Shown: piece after piece, positions 1 through 9,885 of the stretch | Position numbering within the stretch: the stretch's first letter is position 1 | How the letters are laid out: each line of letters opens with the position of its first letter | The notes under the pieces: model-generated | Databases searched by the model: none | What the model was told of the DNA's origin: nothing | The model's input: only the letters and a program-made list of their open reading frames with translations | NCBI GenBank assembly: GCA_964016885.1 | Contig: OZ024758.1 | Location: forward strand, 124,001-188,000 | Direction of reading: 5' to 3' | DNA: 64,000 nt | Origin: Eledone cirrhosa | Taxonomy: Eukaryota | Position numbers and translations under genes: made by a program

Positions 1-1399
1 AGAAACTGATCACTTTCCTCGAGGAAAATGACTGCCTGACTAACACACAGCATGGCTTTCACCCAGGAAGAAGCTGCCTTACACAGCTGCTACATCATTA
101 AGACTGGGTACTGAAACAACTGCTTGACAGCTCACATGTGGACATGATATATCTGGACTTTGCGAAGGCCTTTGACAAAGTCGACCACGGAATGATATGT
201 CACAAACTACACGGACTCACCATGACTAGAAAAGTAGGTGAGTGGCTGCACGACTTCTTAAAGGAAAGAAGCCAGACAGTCGCAGCAAACGGGGGCCCTC
301 TCAAAGGAATTATCAATAACAAGTGGGGTTCCCCAAGGCACAGTCCTGGGACCACTACTGTTTTTGGTGGCTCTCTCAGACATACCCTCTGTAGTACATA
401 CAACAACATCCCTCACTAGCTATGCTGATGACACTAAGGTAGCACAGAAATCAAAAACCCGGCTGACTCTGCCCTTTTACAACAAGGGCTGTATGCCATA
501 TACAAATGGGCAGAAGACAACAACATGCAGTTTAATGCTGGCAAATTCCAAGTGCTACGCAATTCCTGCAAACACAAATACAGTACAACACAGTTACACC
601 GGACCAGGAGGGACCGATATGACCGATATCCCTGGGTAAAAATCGATATGAGACTTGGGTATAGACATGAGCGATGATGCATCTTTTTCCTCTCACATCA
701 TGAAAGTGGCGACAATGTGCAGACGACTCGCTGGCTGGATCTTGAAGACTTTCCGGACAAGAGACCGAGACACCATGTTGACACTATGGAGGACATTTGT
801 CCTAAGCCGCCTGGACTATTGCTCCCAGTTGTGGTCACCCCATAGTGTCAAACTAACCATGGAGCTTGAGGCAATCCAGCGAAGCTACACCAAGAAGATT
901 GTGACTATGAAGGAGATAAGCTACTGGGCGAGGCTAAAAGAACTGAACCTCTACTCCTTGGAATGAAGACGGGAGAGATACGCAGTGATCTACATGTGGA
1001 AAATCCTGGAGGGACTAGCACCAAACTTTGGCATTGGCAGCTGGACCAACTGCCGAACAGGACGTCATTGTGTGGTGCCAAAGATCCCGTCTTCCATATC
1101 TAGAATAAGGAGCAGATATTGCAAAAGTCTGGGGTTCAAGGACCCTCAACTCTTCAACAAGCTGCCAAGGGATCTGAGAGATCTGCATGGTGTGGATGTC
1201 TTCAAGAAACATGTCGACACCTTGCTATACAAGATCCTAGATGAGCCCACAGCAAGGCACGAGGGAAACCTAAGGGCAGCAGCAATGAACTCCCTGTTGC
1301 ACCAGTGGTCAACCAATACAGGCTGGAGATTAAATGTGTAGCAACAAGGGCGGTGCCCCAGCATAGCCTCAGCCGGATGGCTGGAACAGGTAAAAAGAG
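1..1399 (+). mobile_element. Degenerate CR1-type (APE class) LINE, 3' half: RT domain, C-terminus and 3' tail
   Basis: Broken frames give QHGF..GRSCLTQL, YLDFAKAFDKVDHG, GVPQGTVLGPLLF, YADDTK, RLDYCSQLWSP, LEAIQRSYT, LKELNLYSLE*RRERY. Stops and frameshifts present. Tail GGCGGTGCCCCAGCAT...GTAAAAAGAG precedes (TA)n. Confidence 0.9.
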
Positions 1400-1411
1400 T
1401 ATATATATACA

Positions 1412-1445
<34 letters not shown>

Positions 1446-1447
<2 letters not shown>

Positions 1448-1817
1448 AAGTGTTAAAACGATCAAATTTTAGTTTAGAACATTTATTTGCTGACAATTGT
1501 TTCTTCCAGAAACATGTTACTAAAATCCTATCATTCAGAACATTTAAGATACATAATTGTTATTAGTGTCAAAGGCATCATGTGGAGAATCAGGAGTTAA
1601 AAAGATGTTCTGCTTGAAAGAACACAATTACAGGCAGCACTGGTTGGAAGTGTAATAGGTATAAGTAAAAAGCACAAGCAAAAAAATCACAGGCATAAAA
1701 GTTATAAGCAATGTTTCAACATTCCTTATGCTCCGATGATTCCAGACTTCCCTCTGGAAGAAACAATTGTCAGCAAATAAATGTTCTAAAGTAAAATTTG
1801 ATCATTTTAACACTTTG
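1446..1817. mobile_element. MITE with ~65-bp terminal inverted repeats and TA target-site duplication (Tc1/mariner-like)
   Basis: 1446-1510 is the reverse complement of 1753-1817 with 2 mismatches; TA at 1444-1445 and 1818-1819; no coding capacity. Confidence 0.8.
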
Positions 1818-1904
1818 TATCTCGGTTCTGTAAAACACTTGAAAACTTGCATTGAGCCTTTTGTCATACCGGTAACCTTCCAGATCATTATATGGAAGGT
1901 CATC

Positions 1905-2170
1905 TTCAGGGCTAAGAGAAAGAAAATACAGCGGTCTGAAGAAAGTGAAGAAGTTTGGCATGCCCGTCTAGCTGCTAACAGAGCCCAAACAGCTTTACCA
2001 AGAGCACACAGTTTGGATGAAAGGGAACAAAGGACTACTGCTACTCGAGAACAACAAATTAAGGAACAACAGCAAATCAGACGAAATGCTAATCAAGCAC
2101 ATCGTTTTACTGCCTGAGCAGGAGAACAAGCCACAAGTAGAATAAACTGGCTGATGGGGGCTTTTTCTGA
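1905..2170 (+). pseudogene. Possible Helitron Rep/Hel N-terminal fragment
   Basis: RAKRKKIQRSEESEEVWHARLAANRAQ...EREQR...RRNANQAHR is a charged helical pattern like the 'ESxEERxARL' repeats at Helitron N-termini; internal stop; no catalytic motif seen. Confidence 0.35.
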
Positions 2171-2239
2171 TGGGGTTATGTTAGCCATCCGAAACAAAGA
2201 GGAGCCCTTGCATTCTCGTCCATGAGGTGAATTTGTCTT

Positions 2240-2974
2240 TATGTATGTGTACGTATGTGTGTGTATGTATGTATATGCATGTATGTGTATGTATGTATGT
2301 ATATGCATGTATGTATATGCATGTATGTATATGCATGTATGTGTATGTATGTATGTATGTGTATGTATGTATGTATATGTATATATGTATGTGTATATAT
2401 GTGTATATGTATATGTATGTATGTATATATGTGTGTATGTATGTATGTGTGTATGTATGTATGTGTGTATGTATGTATATGTGTGTATGTATGTATATGT
2501 GTGTATGTATGTATATATATATGTGTGTATGTATGTATATATATATGTGTGTGTATGTAAATATGTATGTGTGTATGTATATATGTATGTGTGTGTATAT
2601 ATGTATGTGTATATATATATGTATGTGTATATATATATGTATGTGTATATATATATGTATGTGTATATATATATGTATGTGTATATATGTATGTATGTGT
2701 ATATATGTATGTATGTGTATATATGTATGTATGTGTATATATGTATGTATGTGTATATATGTGTGTGTGTGTATGTATGTGTGTGTGTGTATGTATGTAT
2801 GTATATGTATGTATGTATATGTATATATACTTGTGTATATGCTTATGTATGCGTATGTATGTATATGTATATATATATATGTATGTATGTATATGTATGT
2901 ATATGTGTATGTATATGTGTATGTATGTATGTATGTGTGTGTATGTATGTATGTATGTGTATGTATATGTATAT
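2240..2974. repeat. Compound (TATG/TA/TG)n microsatellite
   Basis: Read directly; homologues at 8400-8886, 14301-14787, 20233-20719, 26163-26661, 41878-42362, 47822-48758. Confidence 0.97.
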
Positions 2975-3302
2975 GGAGGCACATGGCTTAGTGGTTAGAG
3001 CATTGGCCTGGCAATCGAAAGGTTGTGAGTTCAATTCTCAGACCGGGTGATGTGTTGGTTCCTTGAGCAAAACACTTTATTTCACATTGCTCCAGTTTAC
3101 TCAGCTGTAGAAATGAGATGATAGGGACTAGGGTCCATATCATTCCACTGCAAAGTGGTCGTGGAGGTGCCACGGCAAAAAAGCACCCAGCACTCACTGT
3201 AAATGAGGTTGGTGTTAGGAAGGGCATCCAGCTGTAGAAATCAAGCCAGAATCAGTTCCCGTCCCACCCTTGCAAGCAGGGAAAAAGCGGACTTAAAACG
3301 AA

Positions 3303-3343
<41 letters not shown>
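2975..3343 (+). mobile_element. tRNA-derived SINE: A/B-box head, CORE-like body, RTE-derived 3' tail, (GAT)n end
   Basis: A box TGGCTTAGTGG; B-like GAGTTCAATTC; body TCCTTGAGCAAAACACTT; tail GGTTGGTGTTAGGAAGGGCATCCAGCTGTAGAAA shared with the RTE at 33081-35003. Confidence 0.85.
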
Positions 3344-3344
<1 letters not shown>

Positions 3345-3392
3345 TATGTATGTATGTGTATATGTATGTATGTATGTATATGTATGTATGTG

Positions 3393-3542
3393 TATGAGAT
3401 GCAGCTTGGTTTTGTGCCGCTGAAAAGTGCAACAGATGCCCTCTTCTTAGTGAGACAACTACAAAAGAGGTTCTTAGAGAAAAATAAGCCACTATACTTA
3501 GCTTTGGACATAGAGAAGGCTTTTGATAGAGAACTCTTATAA
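3393..3542 (+). pseudogene. Short RTE reverse-transcriptase fragment
   Basis: YEMQ(L/F)GFVPLKSATDALFLVRQLQKRFLEKNKPLYLALDIEKAFDR matches the RTE ORF at 33867-35003. Copies at 9294, 15195, 21125, 27069, 36930 (clipped), 42773, 49162, 58989 (clipped). Confidence 0.85.
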
Positions 3543-3609
3543 ATGACAACATATATATACGTGTGTGTATATATATGTTTTTTTTAAAACTATATATTTA
3601 TTACTCCCT

Positions 3610-3910
3610 TAAGCAGAAGAAATATATTCCCAGATATCGAAGATTACCACAATAACTAGGGAGCGGAAGTCAAAAGATGCTGGACATTGCTGCTGAGGGT
3701 AGGATGACCTGATGAGCTGGCTCCTGTGGTGGATACCTAAACATAGTAAGACCCAAGTGGGATGACTGAGGTTCACCTACATACATCAGATGTCTCTGGA
3801 TCTCCAGCTAGAGATTAATGATCTCAGGAATGCCATGAAAAATCGTGACATCTAAAAAAGAAGAGTAGAATTGTTCTGGCCAATCCACCTGACCTAATAA
3901 ACAATAATAA
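3610..3910 (+). pseudogene. Old RTE-like LINE C-terminal fragment with (AAT)n-like tail, present in every unit
   Basis: Translates as RERKSKDAGHCC*..LLWWIPKH..G*LRFTYIHQM..DLRNAMKNRDI*KRRV, resembling the RTE C-terminal 'RRxxFAGHC..LLW.P..GRP..TY..AM.DR..W' pattern. Confidence 0.6.
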
Positions 3911-3984
3911 TATTAATATATATTGATGAAAATTAATTATGGTGAAATATCTTAGAAATCATTCTCAGAGGTTTTGTATTGTAA

Positions 3985-5963
3985 TCCACACTTGCTCATT
4001 GTGGCTTCTGATGCAGACATCATGTCCGCCATCAGGTCCTTCCCAGCTAGCAGCTGCGGAGATGTTGATGGTCTCTGACCAGGCCTCCTCAAGGAGTTGA
4101 TATCTCCCCTCTCCGCTGAGGCCGGGCGCCGCCTTCTGAGTGCAATTGTGGCGCTCACCAATAGGCTCATCCATGGCGCCCTGGACTCTTATGCTCGAGG
4201 CCTCTTTTTTTTGGCCAGCCTCACCGCTCTCAGGAAGAAAGAGGATGGCATACGCCCCATTGCTGTGGGCAATGTCTTCCGGAGGCTGGCTGCCAAGGTA
4301 ATCTGCAAGTCCGTAACACTCGGAACCGGCATCCAGGGCCTCCAGCCACCTCATTGTCAAGTTTGACATGAGGAATGCCTTCAACTCTTTACGCTGGGAT
4401 CATCTGCTCGAGGCCTGCCTCAGCCGAGCCCCCTCTGCCTACCTGTCATATGGAGCCCCAAGCATGCGCCATGCTGCTGATACGGTCATACCCTTGGCTA
4501 CTGGGATCCAACAGGGCAACCCTTTGGGACCCCTCCTGTTCACCCTTGGTATTGACCACATCGCCTGGAGTATAACGGCCCCTCTCAACGTTTGGTATCT
4601 GGATGATGCTACTTTGGGTGGGCCCGTACAGGCGGTCTGCCATGACCTTCAATCGGTGGTTCCTGCCCTGGCGGGAATCGACCTCCAGGTCAACTCAGCC
4701 AAGTCGGAGGTGGTGAATGTCAGCCTCGATGCTGCAAGCTTTGCAGTCTCCGTCTTGGACGTGCGGTCCATTCTCCGCCAGGTTCAGGTGACCCCCCAAA
4801 GAGGATGCCCTCACCGATCCACCCGCCGGCCATCCGCTCCTCCATCAAGTCCAGACTCTCACGAGCCGACTGGGCTTGATTGATGGCCACCCAGTTCTCT
4901 TTCTGCTGAGGAACTGCTACGCCATGCCGAAGCTCCTCTATACACTCTGTGCTACACCTAAACTTGTATCCGAGCAGCAGCCGATGAGATATGCAACTTT
5001 ACCTGTCAGGTATGGCGGCCTTCGCCTCCAGTCCCCGATCTCACTAGCTTTGCCGGCATATCTTTCGTCGGTAACCTCGTACCACGTCCTCTTCAGCAGG
5101 GTTCTTCAAAACACAACAGAACCCTCTGTGTTCAGAGAACGCGTGGCCGCCTGTGAGACGTGGCACCGGCTGGGACTTAGCCCAGTAGACGTTCCTCCTC
5201 CTTCTCCCCCTGTTGACGTCAAGTCCCCCCCAACACACTTGGGATGCCATCCAGTGCAGCCTGGCCTCAGACAGGCTCACGTGCCAGCTCGACCAGCACC
5301 GCCTTGTTTGTTTTCGTGCAGCCTCCAAACCCCACAGTGGGGCCTGGCTCCATGCCCTGCCCTCCTTCTCCACTCGCACGCAGCTAGACAACAATAGCTT
5401 GCGCATCGGCGTTTCCCTGAGGCTCGGCCTCACACCAATGTCGCTGCCGTTCCACCATGGACTCTTTCGGCCTCCACCCGCAATCCACGCCATGCTGCCC
5501 TCAACGAAGTCATTAAGCATGGCTTGGACGCTGCAGGCTTCCCTTCCCAGCTCGAGGGGACGGCAAAAGGCTAGATGGCATGACCATCTTCCCGTTCCGC
5601 GGTGGCAAACCCCTCGTCTGGGATGCCACTTGCACCGACACTTTCTGCAGCCGCAACCTGGTGCAGTCTGCGACTGGCCCAGGTTCTGCTGCACGTCAGG
5701 CTGAGGGGGCCAAACTCCTCACATATCGTTCACTCTCCGACAGGTTTGCGGTCGTACCCCTGGAAGTGGAGACTTCTGGTGTCCTCGGCCCCAGGGCTAC
5801 CTCCTTACTCACCACCATAGGCGCTGAGCTGGCCAGCCGCAGGTGTGAGCCCCGCGAGTTGGAGTGGCTTTTCCAGCGCGTCTCCCTTGCCGTGCTCCGG
5901 GGAAACGCCTTCTCCATTCTGTCCGCCGGGGCTGTGGGTGGGTCCCATCGCGTACCGTTATGA
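3985..5963 (+). mobile_element. 5'-truncated decayed CRE-clade non-LTR retrotransposon (RT + RLE), copy 1, A type
   Basis: AIRSFP..DGL; KKEDGIRPIAVGNVFRRL; KFDMRNAFNS; GIQQGNPLGPLLF; WYLDD; LPVRYGGL; SGAWLHALP; RHAALNE; DGMTIFPF..LVWDATC; AE..K..Y; FQRVSLAVLRGNA. Frameshifts and internal deletions. Confidence 0.88.
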
Positions 5964-6602
5964 ATGTATACAAAACAACTAAATCTCTTAAATAACTTCA
6001 CTTATATCCAAAACATGATTTGTATATACATCAACAGTGACTCATTATTATACGCCAGTCACGACCCCACTGCAAAAACGATATCTATATAACAACCCCA
6101 CCGTAAAACTACTCTTCCCCACTTTACAAACACTTTATATTATTTGTCATTAAGGTTTCTTAAAATAAATATATATACGTATGTGTAGTAATTAGTACGG
6201 AGACTGAGAGAGAAGGGGCGAGTGTGTCTTCATGGAGGGCACATGGGACCAGCAAAGTCCTAAAAGTAGAGACCAGTAAATGAGATAAGGTCCTAGCTAT
6301 GTTAAGAATATAAATAAGAAACATGTTCTATACATTTAAGAAGACAAGAGAAACATGTTCTAAACATTTAAGAAATAATTATTTACCTCTTTCATGTCGG
6401 TAATATAGCGGTGTTATAAAACTAATTATAACGACCGGTGTTAAAATAGAGAGAGATAGACAGATAAATGTGTGTCACACTCTCACCCTCTCTTTAAATC
6501 TTTTACACTATCTAACTCGTACTTCTCACACTCTCTTTAAATCTTTTACTCTATCTACCTCTCATTTCTATCTGTGTATGTATGTATGTATCTGTCTATG
6601 TG

Positions 6603-6653
6603 TAACTCGGTGTACTGGAGCAATATGAAGTGAAGTGTCTTGCTCAAGAAGAC
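6603..6653 (-). mobile_element. Inverted fragment of the SINE CORE-like body (every unit)
   Basis: Reverse complement TCTTGAGCAAGACACTTCACTTCATATTGCTCCAGT matches 3060-3096. Confidence 0.7.
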
Positions 6654-6957
6654 ATTTTGTGGAGTTATATCATCGTTTCTTGTTATAAAGCTACTTATAC
6701 TACCGGCGTAACAGTGGCTATAGGTGATAGATGTAGAAATAAAAGGCTGTAACAGCGATATAAATATAGATGAAATAGTTTACCACGAGACTAAGAATGA
6801 ATGTTTAATGGAATTAAGTGTAATCTAATAGGAAATAAGAGGCTAGAGCAGCGAAATGTTTACGTAAAATAAAAGAACAACAAACAAGAGTGCAACATTG
6901 AAATTTTTTTTTTTTTTTGTCGATATAAGCGTTATTTTATGCGCGATTTGCCTTGCT

Positions 6958-7070
6958 GCCGGCGCTGCTCAGTCAGTAACAGCCCCGCTTACGAACTTCA
7001 GGAGCCAACGACTTTACATGGTTCGAATCTCACCCTCTCCGCTCTTGTCGAGTTATCTCCTACTCTTTTT
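6958..7070 (+). ncRNA. Candidate tRNA-like Pol III transcription unit (or SINE head), copy 1
   Basis: TATAAG at 6924-6929; tRNA-like 5' end GCCGGCGCTGCTCAGTCAGTA (weak A box); B box GGTTCGAATC at 7020-7029; T5 at 7066-7070; does not fold as a cloverleaf. Confidence 0.4.
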
Positions 7071-7174
7071 ACTTAGTTCCAGGTCATTAAAATAAAGCAA
7101 AGAGGGCGCGGCGATCGGCATATGCACTGGCTACAATGTTGAACTTTGGTACTGACTGCGTAGTTGAACGTTCC

Positions 7175-7246
7175 ACATACCAACCGCCCAACTGGCCAGT
7201 CAACCGCATATGCGGCTGGCTGGCCGGTTGGGTAGTTGGCATATGT
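7175..7246 (+). other. ~72-nt GC-rich near-perfect hairpin between two ~57-bp direct repeats (7117-7173, 7238-7293)
   Basis: ACATACCAACCGCCCAACTGGCCAGTCAACCGCAT|ATGCGGCTGGCTGGCCGGTTGGGTAGTTGGCATATGT. Copies at 13076, 18978, 24908, 30903, 40688, 46557, 52996, 62748. Confidence 0.85.
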
Positions 7247-7793
7247 ACTGGCTACCATGCTGAACATTGTACTGACTGTCAAGTTGAACGTTCTAACCCT
7301 CTCTTTACATCTATTACTCTATCTACCGCTTATTTCTCCCCCTCTCTTTACTTCTATAACTCTATCTCCCACTCTCTTTACATCTATTACAGTGTCTCCC
7401 TGTATATATACACGTATATATGCACTAGATTTTATAAGAAATCTACGTAATAATATAATTAACAATAGTTGATGAATTAGACCAGAGTTAATTAAACAAT
7501 AAATATGAATGAAATAGCAGTAGATGGCGAAACTTGAGTGTTGTGTGTGCATACATATATATGAGGTAAACTGGTTCAAATACTGTCAGGATTATATTGG
7601 ATCAAAGACTGTAATAAATAGAAAGTAAAAAATGAAGTGAAAATATAAAAACAAACTGAAAATTTCCCCATCCCTAGAAAAATTCATATCTTGTTATATA
7701 TAGATAATTGGCGCTTTAAATTGAATAAATATTCATTTATATATATATGTACACTGATATATATGTGTGTATATATATATGTGTATATATATA

Positions 7794-7849
<56 letters not shown>

Positions 7850-7850
<1 letters not shown>

Positions 7851-8400
7851 ACTTCATCATACGTCCGCTTTTCCATGCTTGCAAGGGTGGGGTGGGAGCT
7901 GATTCTGGATTGGTTTCTGCAGCTGGGTGCCCTTCCCGACGCCAACCCCGTTTGCAGTGAGTGCTGGGTGCTTTTTTTTTTCCGTGGCACCTCCACGTCA
8001 GCTTTACAGTGTGGGCTGGGTGCTTTTTTGCCGCGGCGCCTCCACGACCACTTTGCGGTGGGGTGGTGGGGTGGTATGTGTATACCCAGCCCATTGTCAT
8101 TTGCCACACAGAAAAGCTTATAGCATCGTTCTTTACCCACGATGAATCTAGCAGACCCACCCCTCCACCTGGTCTCTTGAATACAACAAACATCGACCTC
8201 CTTACGTTCAAGCATTTCTACAACCTCGTTAGAGCCACCCTATAAGGTGCCTACATTAATGGTACCAACTCTGAAGTTTTGGATTGCGTTTGGAGGTTGG
8301 GAGCGGTGGGGAGCGGGGATGGGGTTAGGGTTAGCCATCCGCGGCCGAAACAAAGAGGAGGAGCCCTTGCATTCTCGTCCATGAGGTGGATTTGTCTTTA
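7850..8400 (-). mobile_element. Internally deleted RTE derivative: 5' end and APE start fused to RTE/SINE 3' tail, copy 1
   Basis: Minus strand reads [36 protein letters not shown] (APE N-terminus), then the tail GGTTGGCGTCGGGAAGGGCACCCAGCTG..GGACGT. Confidence 0.8.
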
Positions 8401-8886
8401 TGTATGTATATGTATATATGTATGTATGTGTGTGTATGTATGTATATGTATATATGAGTGTATATGTGTATATGTATGTATATGTATGTGTATGTATGTG
8501 TATATATGTGTATATGTATGTGTTTGTATATATGTGTGTGTATGTATATATGTGTGTGTATGTATATATATATATGTATGTATGTGTATATGTATGTATA
8601 TGTATGTATGTGTATATGTATATATGTGTGTATGTATGTATATATGTATGTATGTGTATATATGTATGTATGTATATGTATATATACGTGTGTATATGTA
8701 TATATACTTATGTGTATATGCTTATGTATGTGTATGTATGTATATTTATATTATGTATATATATATATCTATGTATGTATATGTATGTATATGTGTATGT
8801 ATGTGTATGTATGTATGTGTATATATGTATGTATGTATATATATATGTATGTATATGTGTATGTATATGTATATGTATATGTATAT

Positions 8887-9240
8887 GGAGGCACATGGCT
8901 TAGTGGTTCGAGCATTGGCCTGGCAATCGAAAAGTTGTGAGTTCAATTCTCAGACCGGGTGATGTGTTGTTTCCTTGAGCAAGACACTTTATTTCACATT
9001 GCTCCAGTTTACTCAGCTGTAGAAATGAGATGATAGGGACTGGGGTCCATATCATTCCACTGCAAAGTGGTCGTGGAGGTGCCACGGCAAAAAAGCACTC
9101 AGCACTCACTGTAAATGAGGTTGGTGTTAGGAAGGGCATCCAGCTGTAGAAATCAAGCCAGAATCAGTTCTCGTCCCACCCTTACAAGCAGGGAAAAAGC
9201 GGACTTAAAACGAAATGATGATGATGATGATGATGATGAT
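8887..9240 (+). mobile_element. tRNA/CORE-like/RTE-tail SINE copy
   Basis: As 2975-3343. Confidence 0.85.
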
Positions 9241-9885
9241 GTATGTATGTATGTGTATATGTATGTATGTATGTATGTATATGTATGTATGTGTATGAGA
9301 TGCAGTTTGGTTTTGTGCCGCTGAAAAGTGCAACAGATGCCCTCTTCTTAGTGAGACAACTACAAAAGAGGTTCTTAGAGAAAAATAAGCCACTATACTT
9401 AGCTTTGGACATAGAGAAGGCTTTTGATAGAGAACTCTTATAAATGACAACATATATATATGTGTGTGTATATATATGTTTTTTTTAAAACTATATATTT
9501 ATTACTCCCTTAAGCAGAAGAAATATATTCCCAGATATCGAAGATTACCACAATAACTAGGGAGCGGAAATCAATAGATGCTGGACATTGCTGCTGAGGG
9601 TAGGATGACCTGATGAGCTGGCTCCTGTGGTGGATACCTAAACATAGTAAGAGCCAAGTGGGATGACTGAGGTTCACCTACATACATCAGATGTCTCTGG
9701 ATCTCCAGCTGGAGATTAATGATCTCAGGAATGCCATGAAAAATCGTGACATCTAAAAAAGAAGAGTAGAATTGTTCTGGCCAATCCACCTGACCTAATA
9801 AACAATAATAATATTAATATATATTGATGAAAATTAATTATGGTGAAATATCTTAGAAATCATTCTCAGAGGTTTTGTATTGTAA

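Noticed and set aside
2181-3050. Long ORFs rich in Y/V/C/M or H/T/I (also 8279, 14180, 20070, 26000, 41757, 47701)
   Set aside because: Stop-free translations of (TA/TG)n microsatellites.
3708-3745. CTGATGAG hammerhead ribozyme core
   Set aside because: No stem II followed by GAAA; lies within a LINE coding remnant.
5044-6001. Minus-strand ORFs of 216 and 101 aa
   Set aside because: Antisense shadows of GC-rich CRE coding sequence with no recognisable motifs.
3900-6200. Spliced-leader, U1/U2/U6 snRNA or 5S target flanking the CRE element
   Set aside because: No diagnostic sequence recognised by eye on either strand; an Rfam search would be needed to exclude it fully.
6958-7043. Functional tRNA (Ser, Sec, Val or Arg)
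   Set aside because: Acceptor and anticodon stems do not pair; kept only as a tRNA-like cassette.
6898-7472. Short hydrophobic ORFs resembling secreted peptides
   Set aside because: Non-ATG start over a variable poly-T that shifts frame among copies; indels in other copies disrupt the frames.
8321-8336. TTAGGG telomeric repeat
   Set aside because: Only ~2 units, part of the RTE leader.
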